Below, one piece after another: positions 1 through 11,034 of a stretch of 64,000 nt of DNA; the first letter of the stretch is position 1; each line of letters opens with the position of its first letter. Under the pieces are notes generated by a model, which worked only from the letters and a program-made list of their open reading frames with translations, was not told where the DNA came from and ran no database searches. The stretch spans positions 44,362-108,361 of the forward strand of contig MCFE01000264.1 of assembly GCA_002104905.1 (NCBI GenBank), in the 5' to 3' direction. A program made the translations under genes and the position numbers. Origin of the DNA: Basidiobolus meristosporus CBS 931.73. Taxonomy: Eukaryota; Fungi; Basidiobolomycota.

Positions 1-3000
1 ATCAGTCTCCATCTCACTGCAGTTAGCTTCCATAGATCACTGAGCTATCTGTAATACTTGAGCCACTTGGGATACAAGCAGACTGCTCGATCGCGTTTCA
101 GCAGCCTCATCGTGCATATTTGTGAAAATCTTGATTGCCACTCAACGCATGTAACATGATCATTTGACTCGGCCCATCACATGATCCAATCGTTACATCA
201 TGATTGCACAGGATACAGATCATTAGCTGGTATTATTAGAGCATTCTTCCCAAGATACAGTCGCATTGAACAATCCTCCTCCCCTCATTTCCTTGATTTA
301 GCTAGGCTCCAGACATTATAAATATGCCGTTCTTCGGTCACTGGATGGGGAGTCGTAATCAATGATGCGCGCAAAAAAGGAAAGCCCAGATCCATTCCGT
401 CGAATATGTTTATCCATCAGCATCTGTATCACCAGGTCTAGGTGATGCTTGAGAACGACAATTTGCTAAATTTCAGAGCCGAATATTGCTATTAGATTAC
501 TACACTAGCCGACCATCGATGATTCATGGCCCATATAAATGTGCAGCCAGTTTATTAATGCGCTTGCAGGGTTCTCGATTGCTTGGATGATACAACGGAA
601 TGCTCAGCGTATGGGTGGAATCCAACATTCAGATGCTGGGAAACCTTAATGAAGGATGAAACCTAAATTTACTACACTTACCCTAGTGCGCAGACATTAT
701 ACCAAATCCACACCTGACGTAATGCCCCTACGATCCTCCTGTCCCATGTCACTGCATCTTTTTGATGCTGAAAATTTTGGTTCAAGCACTGATCGCATCC
801 GATTGTATCTTTGGGCAGATCTGCCAATTGCCATTTGGTTGGAGTGCTTGATCGTTTGGCCACGCGATTGTTCCTTCGGGAAGAGCTATTGTTGCAATAT
901 AAGCGAGCCAGACACGTCCACCAAATGCCTGGTAATCGGATGTTTTCATGGGCGATGGCTTGCTGGCGATTGCGTAGCTAGCCGAGGATATCTCGAGCCT
1001 CCACCCCTAGATGCTGCCCCGAAATAGCCCCGTATATTCTAAATAGAGTTTGACGTTATACGCGGTTGCCACTTCTTGGACCAGATAGTGCATCATTTGA
1101 CTGCACGATGCACGCAGCGATCATCTGGATATCATTAAAATCAATCTATCTCGGGGATGCATGTGTCCAGCCAATTCAGCTAAAAGCATTCGCTGGTTAA
1201 GGCGGTTAATCAGAATCTTTGGTATCTACTGAAATACAATGGCGCGCGGTAAATCCACAGCTGGTGTATAAGATCATATAAGATCATCACGCAGCATTAT
1301 CGAGCGGTTGAGTATCACAGCATTGGCCGACTCTCGCCTACCTATATATTCATATTAGGCCTTCAGCAGGAATATTCCACTGGCACCCCAATGGATAAAG
1401 CAAGACAGTTCATGACAGAGTATCAGAAGATCCCAGGCCAGTCGGGTTATGATGATGCTGTTACGCAAACAGATACTATAGCAACCAATCGATCCTTGAG
1501 TTTGAACAATTCGGACAAAACTGGTTCTCGATCCAACTATGGAAGGTTCATTTCAAATCACTGCTGGTGATCTGGATCTTTCGTTGCACGAACTCCGAGC
1601 AACCCCTAAACGATGCATGCTTTTAACGAGTACTTAATCAGGCCACCATTACTTTGATTGCCGTACAGAATCGCGGGCCACTATGCTCCAAATCTGACAA
1701 CGTCATCAACAAGAGTCGATTAGTTCTTCAGTCACTGTCTAGCCATTCTCTTGGTTATGCTTCAGCCTAGATGCAGTTTAAGAGTTTTAAGTGCACACTG
1801 ATTTACCCCAAAGCCTGAGTTTACTCCTCGAAGGAAACGTTGCACGGTTTCAATCTCAATGCACAGCTGGGAGGGTTAGGCACCACCAGATTAGCATACA
1901 CAATGGCCGTTCGCCAGCTACCAGTCTGCGTTTTGTGGGCAAAAGTGTGAATATCATAGTGAATTCGACGGTGCCTGATGTTACAATTATGAATACAGCC
2001 CTTGACATAGGGAATATCTGAGTCGGAGTGTGGTGTCAGATAGGCCACAAATGCTTTTTCTGATAGCTGATCAGATGGTTGGAATCAATTTCATTGCTAA
2101 ATTAGAGGCCTTGTGGCCCAGTGTCCCAAGCCAACCTCTTAATACATCACTTGACGCTCGGCAAGAGTTGTGCATGTGTTATACAACACCCAAACCACTT
2201 TGTTGTAGGGTCTCCAAGCATGTTCACAGTTTGTATGGCCTCCTGGAGCTGATCAAATGCTGATGAACTTCCAATGATAACCAATACAAGAAGCACGTCA
2301 CTTGGTGCTGAGAGCGATCACGTTTTCGGAGGGTATCTAATCATAATTTACTCGCCCACGTTGAGTTGGCGACTTATAAGGGTCAAGATATACCTGCTGA
2401 GGAATCGGGCTGCTGATTTTGGGATACCACTTCATTATCGCCTGGCTCTCAATTTATTTCCGGTGGGCGAGTTGTGCTTTACTTGAGCTTGACAGAGTCT
2501 AGGCTCGAAAAGGTTGTTTACTGTTTTTTGCATATATGCTTAATTGCGTAACCCACATGCAATTCCCATTGGAACGTTACAGAACGAAATGGAAGAAATT
2601 AAGCATTTTACGTCCACATCACTAGGATTCGGCAAGTATGCTCGAGATGGCCGTTGATTCCCCTGTCGCCTCGATGAAGACCAGGCCAGTTGAGGTTCTT
2701 GTGGCCCAGCTGCATACTCATCTATCTTGCAGAATGGTATTTGCTTGTAGGAACTAGCATTTCTTCCTATTGGCTTGATGGGGATGATCGGTACTCACTA
2801 TCAGACATTCGTATCTGCCATCATACAAGGGAGCAATGTTTTTGCCTTTTCTAAATGCCTGGTCATCAAAATCAGCTTGGAACAACAATTATCGCCATTC
2901 GCCGATATCGTGCATTCTCGTGTGCAAGCATTCGATATATGGATTTTGACACTGATGATCTCCTGTTTCGTCACCCTTGGTAGCCTATCGCGATCGTTTG

Positions 3001-3387
3001 GATTGTTCTGTCTAGGTACTTACGCCATGAGGTAATAGGATAATAAATCAAGTAAAATCAACCAGATTTTGGCTGAGTGGAAAGGATATTGACCAGATGG
3101 ATCCTTTTGTACGGTATTTCTCAATTGGGATTCAAAGCTATGGTCTGGCTCAATCCAAGGAAATCTGTCGAATCAATGCTGATTTTCGGATTGGATTGAC
3201 CGGGATTTGTACTATAGGTTATCACTCGCATCTTGTATAAGATTCTATAGAAATCGAACGTGCGGAATCATTGGCTGTTTTTTTCTGAGCGTTGAATGTT
3301 TTAAATAGAGGTGTCATCCGCTCCTTTGAATCTTCGTCAATCCACTAGAATTTCTTATTCTTCATTCAAGTGATTCACTAGTTAGCC

Positions 3388-4920
3388 ATGGTCCAACCCA
3401 GAGAAAAGGTCTGCCTCGTTGTTATCGATGGTTGGGGTATCTCCCCCGAAGAGTCCCCCAAGGGTGATGCTATCCGCAACGCCGAAACTCCCGTCATGTC
3501 CCACTTCGAAAAGGACTACCCATGGACTCCCATTGCCGCTCACGGTTTGTCCGTCGGTCTTCCCGATGGTTTGATGGGCAACTCCGAAGTTGGTCACTTG
3601 AACATTGGTGCCGGTCGTGTTGTCTACCAAGACATCGTCAGAATTGACTTGACCTTGGAGCGCAAGGAATTCATCAAGACCCCCAACATTGCCAAGTCCT
3701 TCGAAACCGCCAAGAACGGTAACGGTAGACTCCACTTCCTCGGTCTTGTCTCCGATGGTGGTGTCCACTCCCACATCAAGCACTTGTTCGGTCTTGTTGA
3801 AGCCGCCAAGGAGTACGGTGTTCCCGAAGTTTACATTCACTTCTTCGGTGATGGTCGTGACACTGCCCCCAAGTCTGCCACCAAGTACATGAAGGAACTT
3901 CTTGAATTCTTGGCCAAGGAGAACTACGGTAGCGTTGCCACCGTTTGCGGTCGTTACTACGCTATGGACCGTGACAAGCGTTGGGAACGTATCCAACTTG
4001 CCTTCGATGGCCTTGTCAGCGGCAAGGGCGAGAAGACCGATGATGTCCTCAAGACCATTGAGGAGAGATATGCTCAAAACGAAACCGATGAGTTCCTCAA
4101 GCCCATCATTGCTAACGAGAACGGTCTCATCAAGGATGACGATACCCTCTTCTTCTTCGATTACCGTTCCGACCGTATGCGTGAAATCACCCAGGCTTTC
4201 GGTATCCAACCCACTCCTTTCGACTCTGTTGTCCCCAAGAACTTGAAGATCTTCACCATGACCCAATACAAGGCTGACTATCCCTTCGAGGTTGCCTTCC
4301 CTGCCCAAACCATGGACAACGTTTTGGCTGAATGGCTCGCCGCCAAGAAGATTCCTCAATGCCACATTGCTGAAACCGAGAAGTACGCCCACGTTACTTT
4401 CTTCTTCAACGGTGGTTGCGAAACCCAATTCGAACTTGAGGAGCGTCGCTTGATCCCCTCCCCTCGTGTTGCCACTTATGACTTGAAGCCTGAGATGAGC
4501 GCCAGAGGTGTCGGTGAGAAGGTTGCCGAGGAGATTGCCACCGAGAAGTTCCCCTTCGTCATGTGCAACTTCGCTCCTCCCGATATGGTTGGCCACACTG
4601 GTGTGTATGAGGCTGCCGTCAAGGGTGTTCAAGCCACTGATGAGGCCATTGGTATCATCTATGAAGCCTGCAAGAAGCACGGTTACATTCTCTTCATTAC
4701 CGCTGACCACGGTAACGCCGAGAAGATGATCTCTGAGGAGGGTGGACCATACACCGCCCACACCTGCGCCCCCGTTCCTTTCACCATGACCAGCAACAAG
4801 TACAAGTTCGTCAAGGAACAAGGTGCTCTCTGTGACGTCGCTCCTACCATCCTTCGTGTCATGGGTCTTGATGTCCCCGCCGACATGACTGGCAAGTCTC
4901 TTCTTGATGAATCTGCTTAA
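3388..4920 (+). CDS. gpmI: 2,3-bisphosphoglycerate-independent phosphoglycerate mutase (iPGM), 510 aa, intronless
   Basis: Alkaline-phosphatase-superfamily iPGM motifs: VVIDGWG, GLMGNSEVGHLNIGAGR (catalytic Ser), HFFGDGRD, GRYYAMDRD, AETEKYAHVTFFFNGG, NFAPPDMVGHTG, ITADHGNAE. Strong C/T-ending codon bias typical of a highly expressed glycolytic gene. Confidence 0.97.
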   Translation: MVQPREKVCLVVIDGWGISPEESPKGDAIRNAETPVMSHFEKDYPWTPIAAHGLSVGLPDGLMGNSEVGHLNIGAGRVVYQDIVRIDLTLERKEFIKTPNIAKSFETAKNGNGRLHFLGLVSDGGVHSHIKHLFGLVEAAKEYGVPEVYIHFFGDGRDTAPKSATKYMKELLEFLAKENYGSVATVCGRYYAMDRDKRWERIQLAFDGLVSGKGEKTDDVLKTIEERYAQNETDEFLKPIIANENGLIKDDDTLFFFDYRSDRMREITQAFGIQPTPFDSVVPKNLKIFTMTQYKADYPFEVAFPAQTMDNVLAEWLAAKKIPQCHIAETEKYAHVTFFFNGGCETQFELEERRLIPSPRVATYDLKPEMSARGVGEKVAEEIATEKFPFVMCNFAPPDMVGHTGVYEAAVKGVQATDEAIGIIYEACKKHGYILFITADHGNAEKMISEEGGPYTAHTCAPVPFTMTSNKYKFVKEQGALCDVAPTILRVMGLDVPADMTGKSLLDESA

Positions 4921-7026
4921 ATGTAGGCAATTCACCTTAGATTATATAATGAATATAAACCTCGATGTAAATCCTGTTTCTAAAATAATTCAGTGAAAAT
5001 AAAGTACAATTATGTATACATAAACTCTGGAAACGTCATCTCACAGGATGCCCAATTGCAGAACAATGCCATTGCATGAATGGGTAGGCGCATTCAGTTA
5101 GGGAGGTCGAAATTTCCTCGAATTGGGAACCCGAGGTTGCTTGGTCAACGGTAAGATTTTAGGAAGCTCATTGGCCCATTGCCCAACACCGAATCTTCAT
5201 AGTTCTACCAAATGGGTTTCAATCGGTTCATGCAGCTCCGTATTGAACAAGATCATGGGAATGGATAATTTGTGCCATGTCATTATCCAACTTGAGCGCC
5301 TAGACAGTATCGGTAATGGTATCTAGAGCAAGGGCTGCTGTAAGCATGGCCTTCAAGCCAGACCAGTTTGTCCCAAAAAACCCACTCATGGGGGAGTTGC
5401 TTGTGATTGCGCTCTGGAATCGCCAAGCTGATTGAACATCAGGGGGGTGATCCCACTTGATTGAAGTACCTTTTGTGTACCCCGGTACCAAAAGAATTGA
5501 GCTCGGCTGTACATTTTTCAATCAGATCAAACGAAGTATGAGCTGGTTGTCAATGATACATGAGTCAGGTACTGGTGATGTTACTCGACACACTCAACAG
5601 GATTAATCTATATATCCATTGGGGTTTGGGTGCAACATGCATGGATATTTCATTAACAAAGATGAAAGGTCAACACAATGACATCATTGGGGTATCTGTT
5701 AAACCAAACATGGCTTTCACGTCGAGTCTGACTTTATGCTCATTGATCCAGACTGCCTGCACGGGAAGATGGCCCCTTCTCGCACCCATGATGTACATGT
5801 ATCCCTAACAACAGGCTCTAATTCGCATTAGGCAGCCGACAACTTGCGACTCTACCTCGGTTATAGACTATAGCATTAGGATGGGTGGCATTCCCTCATT
5901 AGGGGTGCCATGGTTGATGGTCAGGGGTGCGAGCCATCACACTTGAGATGGCTTTACCAACAGAGTTGAGGGCTGTACATTTCCAAATGAGTTCGGAGTG
6001 GGCCTGATTTGGCAAGAGCCGGCGTTTTCCTGAAAAGGAGACAGCTGGGCTTCAGGCGATATGGCGAAGTGTGTGGGCTCACCCTTCACACGTTCTAATA
6101 GCATACTGCATGATGCTACCAAGATGTTGTCAACAGCTCATAGTAGCTTTGTCACGATGTTCGGCTCACTCAATGCGAGTACGATTGGTTTGATCTCATT
6201 TGGTGGTGTTCAGCCTAGGCCGTGGCAAGTCCATTCCCCGGCTTTATCGATACTGGCGGGGTCGCAGTAATCTACTTTGTCAAGCCAAGGGATGGGCCAC
6301 TGGGTGATTTCCAACAATCGTATATACTGAGCCTCAGGATTTTCCCTTCCAAAATGGGTAACGGATTGTTTTGGCGAATTTTCACCAGTGAGCCAATCTT
6401 ACGCGCTCATGTGGATTGTCGTTAAATTAACTGCTATTATTACGAGCAACAGCGGCATGAATCGCCCTTCCTCACGGTGCACCTGAATTAAAATCGACCA
6501 AGCGTGTCCTTTTTGGATTCCAATCGTGATGGCTGTGGCACACACAAAATTAAGCACGCATGGTTTGAAGTGGAATGCACCGTGGCCTGCTCCATGGTGG
6601 CAGTACGCAAATAGAAACGCGCCACCCATTGGTTCCAGTCCTCACCAACAAGTCGTATGGAGACCGAACATCTGTGATATGAAGAGTGGCGCATCCTGTG
6701 GCAAATCCAAAGATGGATATTGTTGGCAGAATTTCATATAGTTGCCACCCAAGTAGATCAGCTCCGTCCGATTAACCTCCAGACGGTTCGCAAACTCATT
6801 AGAGATCAAATGGCTGATTGACCTCGCTAAATGAATCTGTAGCAATAAGCGTAGCTAACGAAAGCCGCCTTTCCTTTTTCCTCTTGTTTAATTTATTCTC
6901 GTCTACATGAAGCGGTAATGAAATCGAGTCCCGGCGAGTATACTTCATGGAAGCGCCAAACGTCGAGGTATAAAAGAGTTGTGCCATTCGACCCTCTCAC
7001 TAGACCCATACCACCCTCAACAAAAC

Positions 7027-8846
7027 ATGATAGTTCCTCGTTTGCTTGCTGTGCCGAGTTTTTTGGCCGGAATTCACATGGTTTCGGCGTTCGACGAAAA
7101 GTGCGATACGAATTTCGTCACATACTGGGGACAGAACTCCTTTGGTATTGCCAATGCCGATAGAGGCAAATGGGAGAGGTCTCTGGGTTCCTACTGCAAT
7201 GACGATTCTCTAGACGTGATTAATCTAAGCTTCATGAATATTTTCAATGCGGGAACACCATCTCCGCCCGTGATCAATCTCTCCTTTCATTGTGAGAGCA
7301 ATCCCTTCCCTGGGACTTCGCTCTTTAGTTGTCCGGACATCGGGAAGGACATCGAGTACTGCCAGTCGAAAGGGAAAAAGATCATCATATCTCTCGGCGG
7401 TGCTACCGGCTCATATGGATTCAACAACGACGCTGATGCGATCGGGTTTGCTCAAACAGTTTGGGATCGATTCCTTGGTGGCTCCTCGAATGAGCGCCCT
7501 TTCGGCGAAGCCAAACTAGACGGGATTGATCTTGATATCGAGGGAGGAAGTGGCAATGGATATAGTGCCTTTATCAAGGCCCTCCGCGAACTATACGACA
7601 AGGATGCCAGCAAAAAGTACTACATCACGGGGGCGCCGCAATGTCCTTTCCCCGACATATTCTTGGGTCCTGCGCTAAACGATGCCTGGTTCGATATGGT
7701 ATTTGTTCAATTCTACAACAACTACTGCTCGGTCAGCAACCCTGGCCAATTTAATTTCGGTGACTGGGATACCTGGGCCACCACGAAGTCCATCAACAAA
7801 GACGTGAAGATCTACCTTGGTGTTCCGGGTGCCCAAACTGCCGCCAGTATGGGATATCTGCCGGCTTCTCAACTTGAGCCAATTATCGACGACATCCGAG
7901 CAAAATATCCCTCCTTCGGCGGTGTGATGGCCTGGGACGCTTCCTCTTCGGATATGAACGTGGAGAATGGGGCTAGTTTCGCCCAATTAATCAAGGGCAA
8001 GTTAAAAGCCTCTCCCAAATGTGGGGGTCAACCCGGCCCAAGCTCTCAGAAACCAGCCACATCTGCCGATCAGTCAACCAGTCCCTCGTTATCATCTAGT
8101 TCTACGACAGAGCAATCCTCCAAGCCGTCACCTAGCACCTCCACAACTCAAGCTTCCGAACCATCGCCAGTAGCAACCGCACCGAGCCAGGAGTGCCCTG
8201 TTGAAGGAGCTCCATGTTCAGAAAACGAAACCGGCTGCAATGGATACAACTATGCTTCATGTTTGAATGGTAAGTAACGTTTAATTTGGCCGGCAATGTT
8301 GAGCGCGTATTGAGTTATTCTACACGTATAGGCCAATGGATACTGCGCCCATGTAGTACAGATCAATCACTCTACTGTGCAAAAGGCAGCTCTGGCGTCT
8401 ATTGTGACTGGGCGGCTGGGAAAAATGTTCAATCGTGCGGGGCGCCTAATGGCTTGATCCGCAGACGATTCGTTGCTGAGGAGGCCCAAGTCCAAGCCAA
8501 AGAGAACAGAAACATCATGATTGATTTTGTGGAGGACGCGGCTGATGCCTCTGAGAAGGAGTTTATCACTCTATTACGAATTCGCAGCACAACAAACTCC
8601 CCAATCTCGAATGCCTGGCAGGTCAAGTTCGCCATCCCTGAGAACGAGGTCGTCACCAGGATCAGTCGCGGACAGTATACCCAGGATGGCTCGATGGTGA
8701 CATTAAAGAGCAACCCCTCCGAGGAATCCGATCAAAACATGGCCATCCTGATTGTGGTCAGGGGAAATATCATTTCACAGCCTCGCCCAATCCTCAACAA
8801 CAACCGACCAGGCCAGGCACAGTTTGAAGATCTCGGATCAGTCTAG
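7027..8846 (+). CDS. Secreted GH18 (class III, Cts1-like) chitinase, join(7027..8269,8332..8846), ~585 aa: signal peptide, catalytic domain, Ser/Thr/Pro linker, CBM19-like Cys-rich module, C-terminal extension
   Basis: ATG at 7027 starts a hydrophobic leader (MIVPRLLAVPSFLAGIHMVSA). Motifs VTYWGQNS, KIIISLGGA, LDGIDLDIEGG (DxxDxDxE), YYITGAPQCPFPD, FVQFYNNYC, FGGVMAWD. Splicing joins ORF 6979..8277 to ORF 8286..8846 in frame (CLNG|QWILRPC) and completes the Cys-rich module. Confidence 0.93.
8270..8331 (+). other. 62-nt spliceosomal intron in the chitinase gene
   Basis: GTAAGT donor at 8270 and TAG acceptor ending 8331. Removal deletes the in-frame TAA and preserves frame. Confidence 0.88.
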
Positions 8847-9524
8847 TGACCGAGTCAAGTGCCACCGAAGTCCCTCAAGGGTATCGCCCTGCACTATACC
8901 TCTGTTACCCCTCCCATAGTTTTGGAGTTTTTTAATTGTTGGTCTCTAATGTATACTAATAAATATCTGCCCTATACGTTTTAAACGTCTGTTCCCAGTT
9001 TTTCACGTGAACCTCAACGACGGCCGGGTTTTTGGTTTCTCCGCATTCAAACAGCATTCTACCAGATAGCTGTGTGCCAACATCTTTCGGTAGGATTGGT
9101 GTGAGTCAATGCCTCAATCATCACTAAGGAGCCATAGAGAGTGAAATGAGTATAATTCAGATGAGGAGGGTTCGCCAGCATCGATCTCAAACTCCAATTT
9201 ACCCTGCGATGGCCCAAGCAATTGCAATGAATGCTATGCCAATCCAAGATCCTAAATTCGAAATTCTAATCGAGTCGGTACGTCTCTCCCAGCTCCCCAA
9301 GGGTTGGAGTTCGTTAGTGTCGACGAACCTAATCAAATTTACAAAGGCTGATGCAACCGATCCACTTTCAAGACGGTCCATCGTTGGGTGCTGGATATGT
9401 TGCAATTAGTTAGTAAGCCACCCGATTAGTACAACTAGATTATGCTTGTGCAATTGATTGGTCTTTAATGCAGTCAAAATATCTTTCACTTCCTCAAAAA
9501 TTCCTTGACTTACACACATACATA

Positions 9525-9925
9525 CATACTCACCTAACTTGGTCACTTGGGTCATAGTCTAGAATCATGGAGAATTGTGGCCAAATTCCTTGTTGGGATT
9601 TACTTGGAATATTTTGTACAAAACATCAGGTACCCAGAACATGAAAAATGTTGAAGTTGCCCAAACAGCCCCAAACTTTGTAGACATGCTTTTGGGACAT
9701 TCCTAAACATGGTCTATGGGTTTGCTCTGCCCAGACCATACAAAAGTATAAATATTACTTTTACACTCAATGTCTTATTAAGTGAAAACCACAAAATATA
9801 CTTGTTTTTCCCAATCACCTCCTATAGCTCCAAGCTCTTAGAGCAGGCTAAGAGTCACATGCTGTTACTCTTGGGAATATCTGCTGCTGGTATTACTGGA
9901 GCTGTTTCCTTTGCTGTAATTAGGA
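9525..9925 (+). mobile_element. Degenerate copia 5' LTR, decayed PBS and first gag codons
   Basis: Aligns by eye to the young LTR (cacctaacttggtcactt..., ggtacccagaacatgaaaa, attaagtgaaaaccac). It is followed by ggctaagagtc (decayed GGTTATGAGCC) and a match to the gag TAITG coding region. Confidence 0.8.
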
Positions 9926-9932
9926 TGGAAGT

Positions 9933-10245
9933 TGTTGTAACAGTTTTGGAGATAGTGGAAGTAATTGGGAGTGCAAGTAGATTATGTGGTTTTCACTTAG
10001 CAACTTACTGAATGTAAAAGTGATACTTATACTTTTACATGGTCTTGGAAAAACAAACATGTAAAATATGCTCAGAAAGGTCCCAAGAGCATGTGAGTAA
10101 TGTTTGGGGTTCTTGGGATTACTCTGAAATTTCATGTTCTGAGTCCCTGCAATTTAGTGAAAATACTCTGAGCAAATCCCACCAGGGAACTAGGTTAGAA
10201 TTTGTGAAGATTTGTAGGTAGTGATCTATGTGACTAAGTTAGGTG
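9933..10245 (-). mobile_element. Degenerate copia LTR
   Basis: Starts tgttgtaacagttttggagatagtggaag and is collinear with LTR 10676..11023. The right end is eroded, so the end coordinate is approximate. Confidence 0.78.
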
Positions 10246-10285
10246 CATTCTTGATTATCTTATAAAAATGTAGTAGGGGATTTCT

Positions 10286-10675
10286 TGTTGTAAAAGTCCT
10301 GGAGATATTAGAAGTGATTGGGAGAACATATAGAATATATAGATTTCACTCAATGATATAGTGAATGAAGCAAAATATTTGTACTTTTACATGGTCTTGG
10401 CATGAAAGACATGCAGAATAGGCTTAGAAAGGCTCCAAGAACATTTGTGCAAAGTTTAGGGCAGTTTGAGAAACTTTGAGAATTTTCATATTCTGGGTAC
10501 CTGCTATTTTTGTTGGAGTATTCCAAGTAAAATCCAACAAGGAATTTGATTAGTATTCTCTAAGATTTGTAGGTAATGATTTAAGTAACTAGTTCAGGAA
10601 AACATGTGGGTAGAATTACCAATTTTTACAACATTGCCACTGATTTAATTGTTCTTACTGAATAGTCCTAATTTT
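10286..10675 (-). mobile_element. Older copia 3' LTR (10286..10633) plus 42 bp remnant of pol end and PPT (10634..10675)
   Basis: TGTTG...TACAACA bounded, 348 bp. The adjacent sequence is a decayed version of the family's terminal pol codons and PPT. Confidence 0.85.
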
Positions 10676-11034
10676 TGTTGTAAGAGTCTTGGAGATATTG
10701 GAAGTGATTTGGAGAACAAGTAGATTATGTGGTTTTCACTTAATGATTTATTGAATGTAAAAGTAGTATTTATACTTTTACCTAGTCTTGGCATTAAAAC
10801 ATGTAGAATAGGTTAAGGAAGGTCCCAAGAGCATGTGTGCAAAGTTTGGGGCTGATTGGACAACTTTGAGAATTTTCATGTTCTGGATACCTGGCATTTT
10901 GGTGAAAATATTCTAAGTAAATCCCAACAAGGAATTTGGTCAGTATTCTCTAGGATTTGAAGGTGATGATCTAAGTGACTAAGTTAGGTGAATATTTAGG
11001 TGGAAATACAAACTTTTACAACACTCCCACTCAG

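Noticed and set aside
1-3380. Short ORFs (e.g. 656..1027, 2775..3035) upstream of iPGM
   Set aside because: No recognisable domain, codon bias or consistent splice pattern. A small or multi-exon gene cannot be excluded without RNA-seq or homology search.
3382-4935. 517-aa antisense ORF exactly overlapping iPGM
   Set aside because: Explained by codon bias: the sense gene avoids TTA, CTA and TCA, so the mirror frame has no stops. It has no recognisable motifs.
5100-6950. Short ORFs between iPGM and chitinase, two containing NVQPS from a repeated 12-mer GGCTGTACATTT (5505..5516, 5971..5982)
   Set aside because: A few 12-mer repeats are expected by chance in ~9 kb, and the ORFs have no recognisable product.
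6979-7026. Upstream GTG start given by the ORF track for the chitinase
   Set aside because: The ATG at 7027 directly begins a signal-peptide-like sequence, and GTG starts are rare in eukaryotes.
9059-9409. Three overlapping short ORFs just before the repeat block
   Set aside because: No motifs and no support for coding status.
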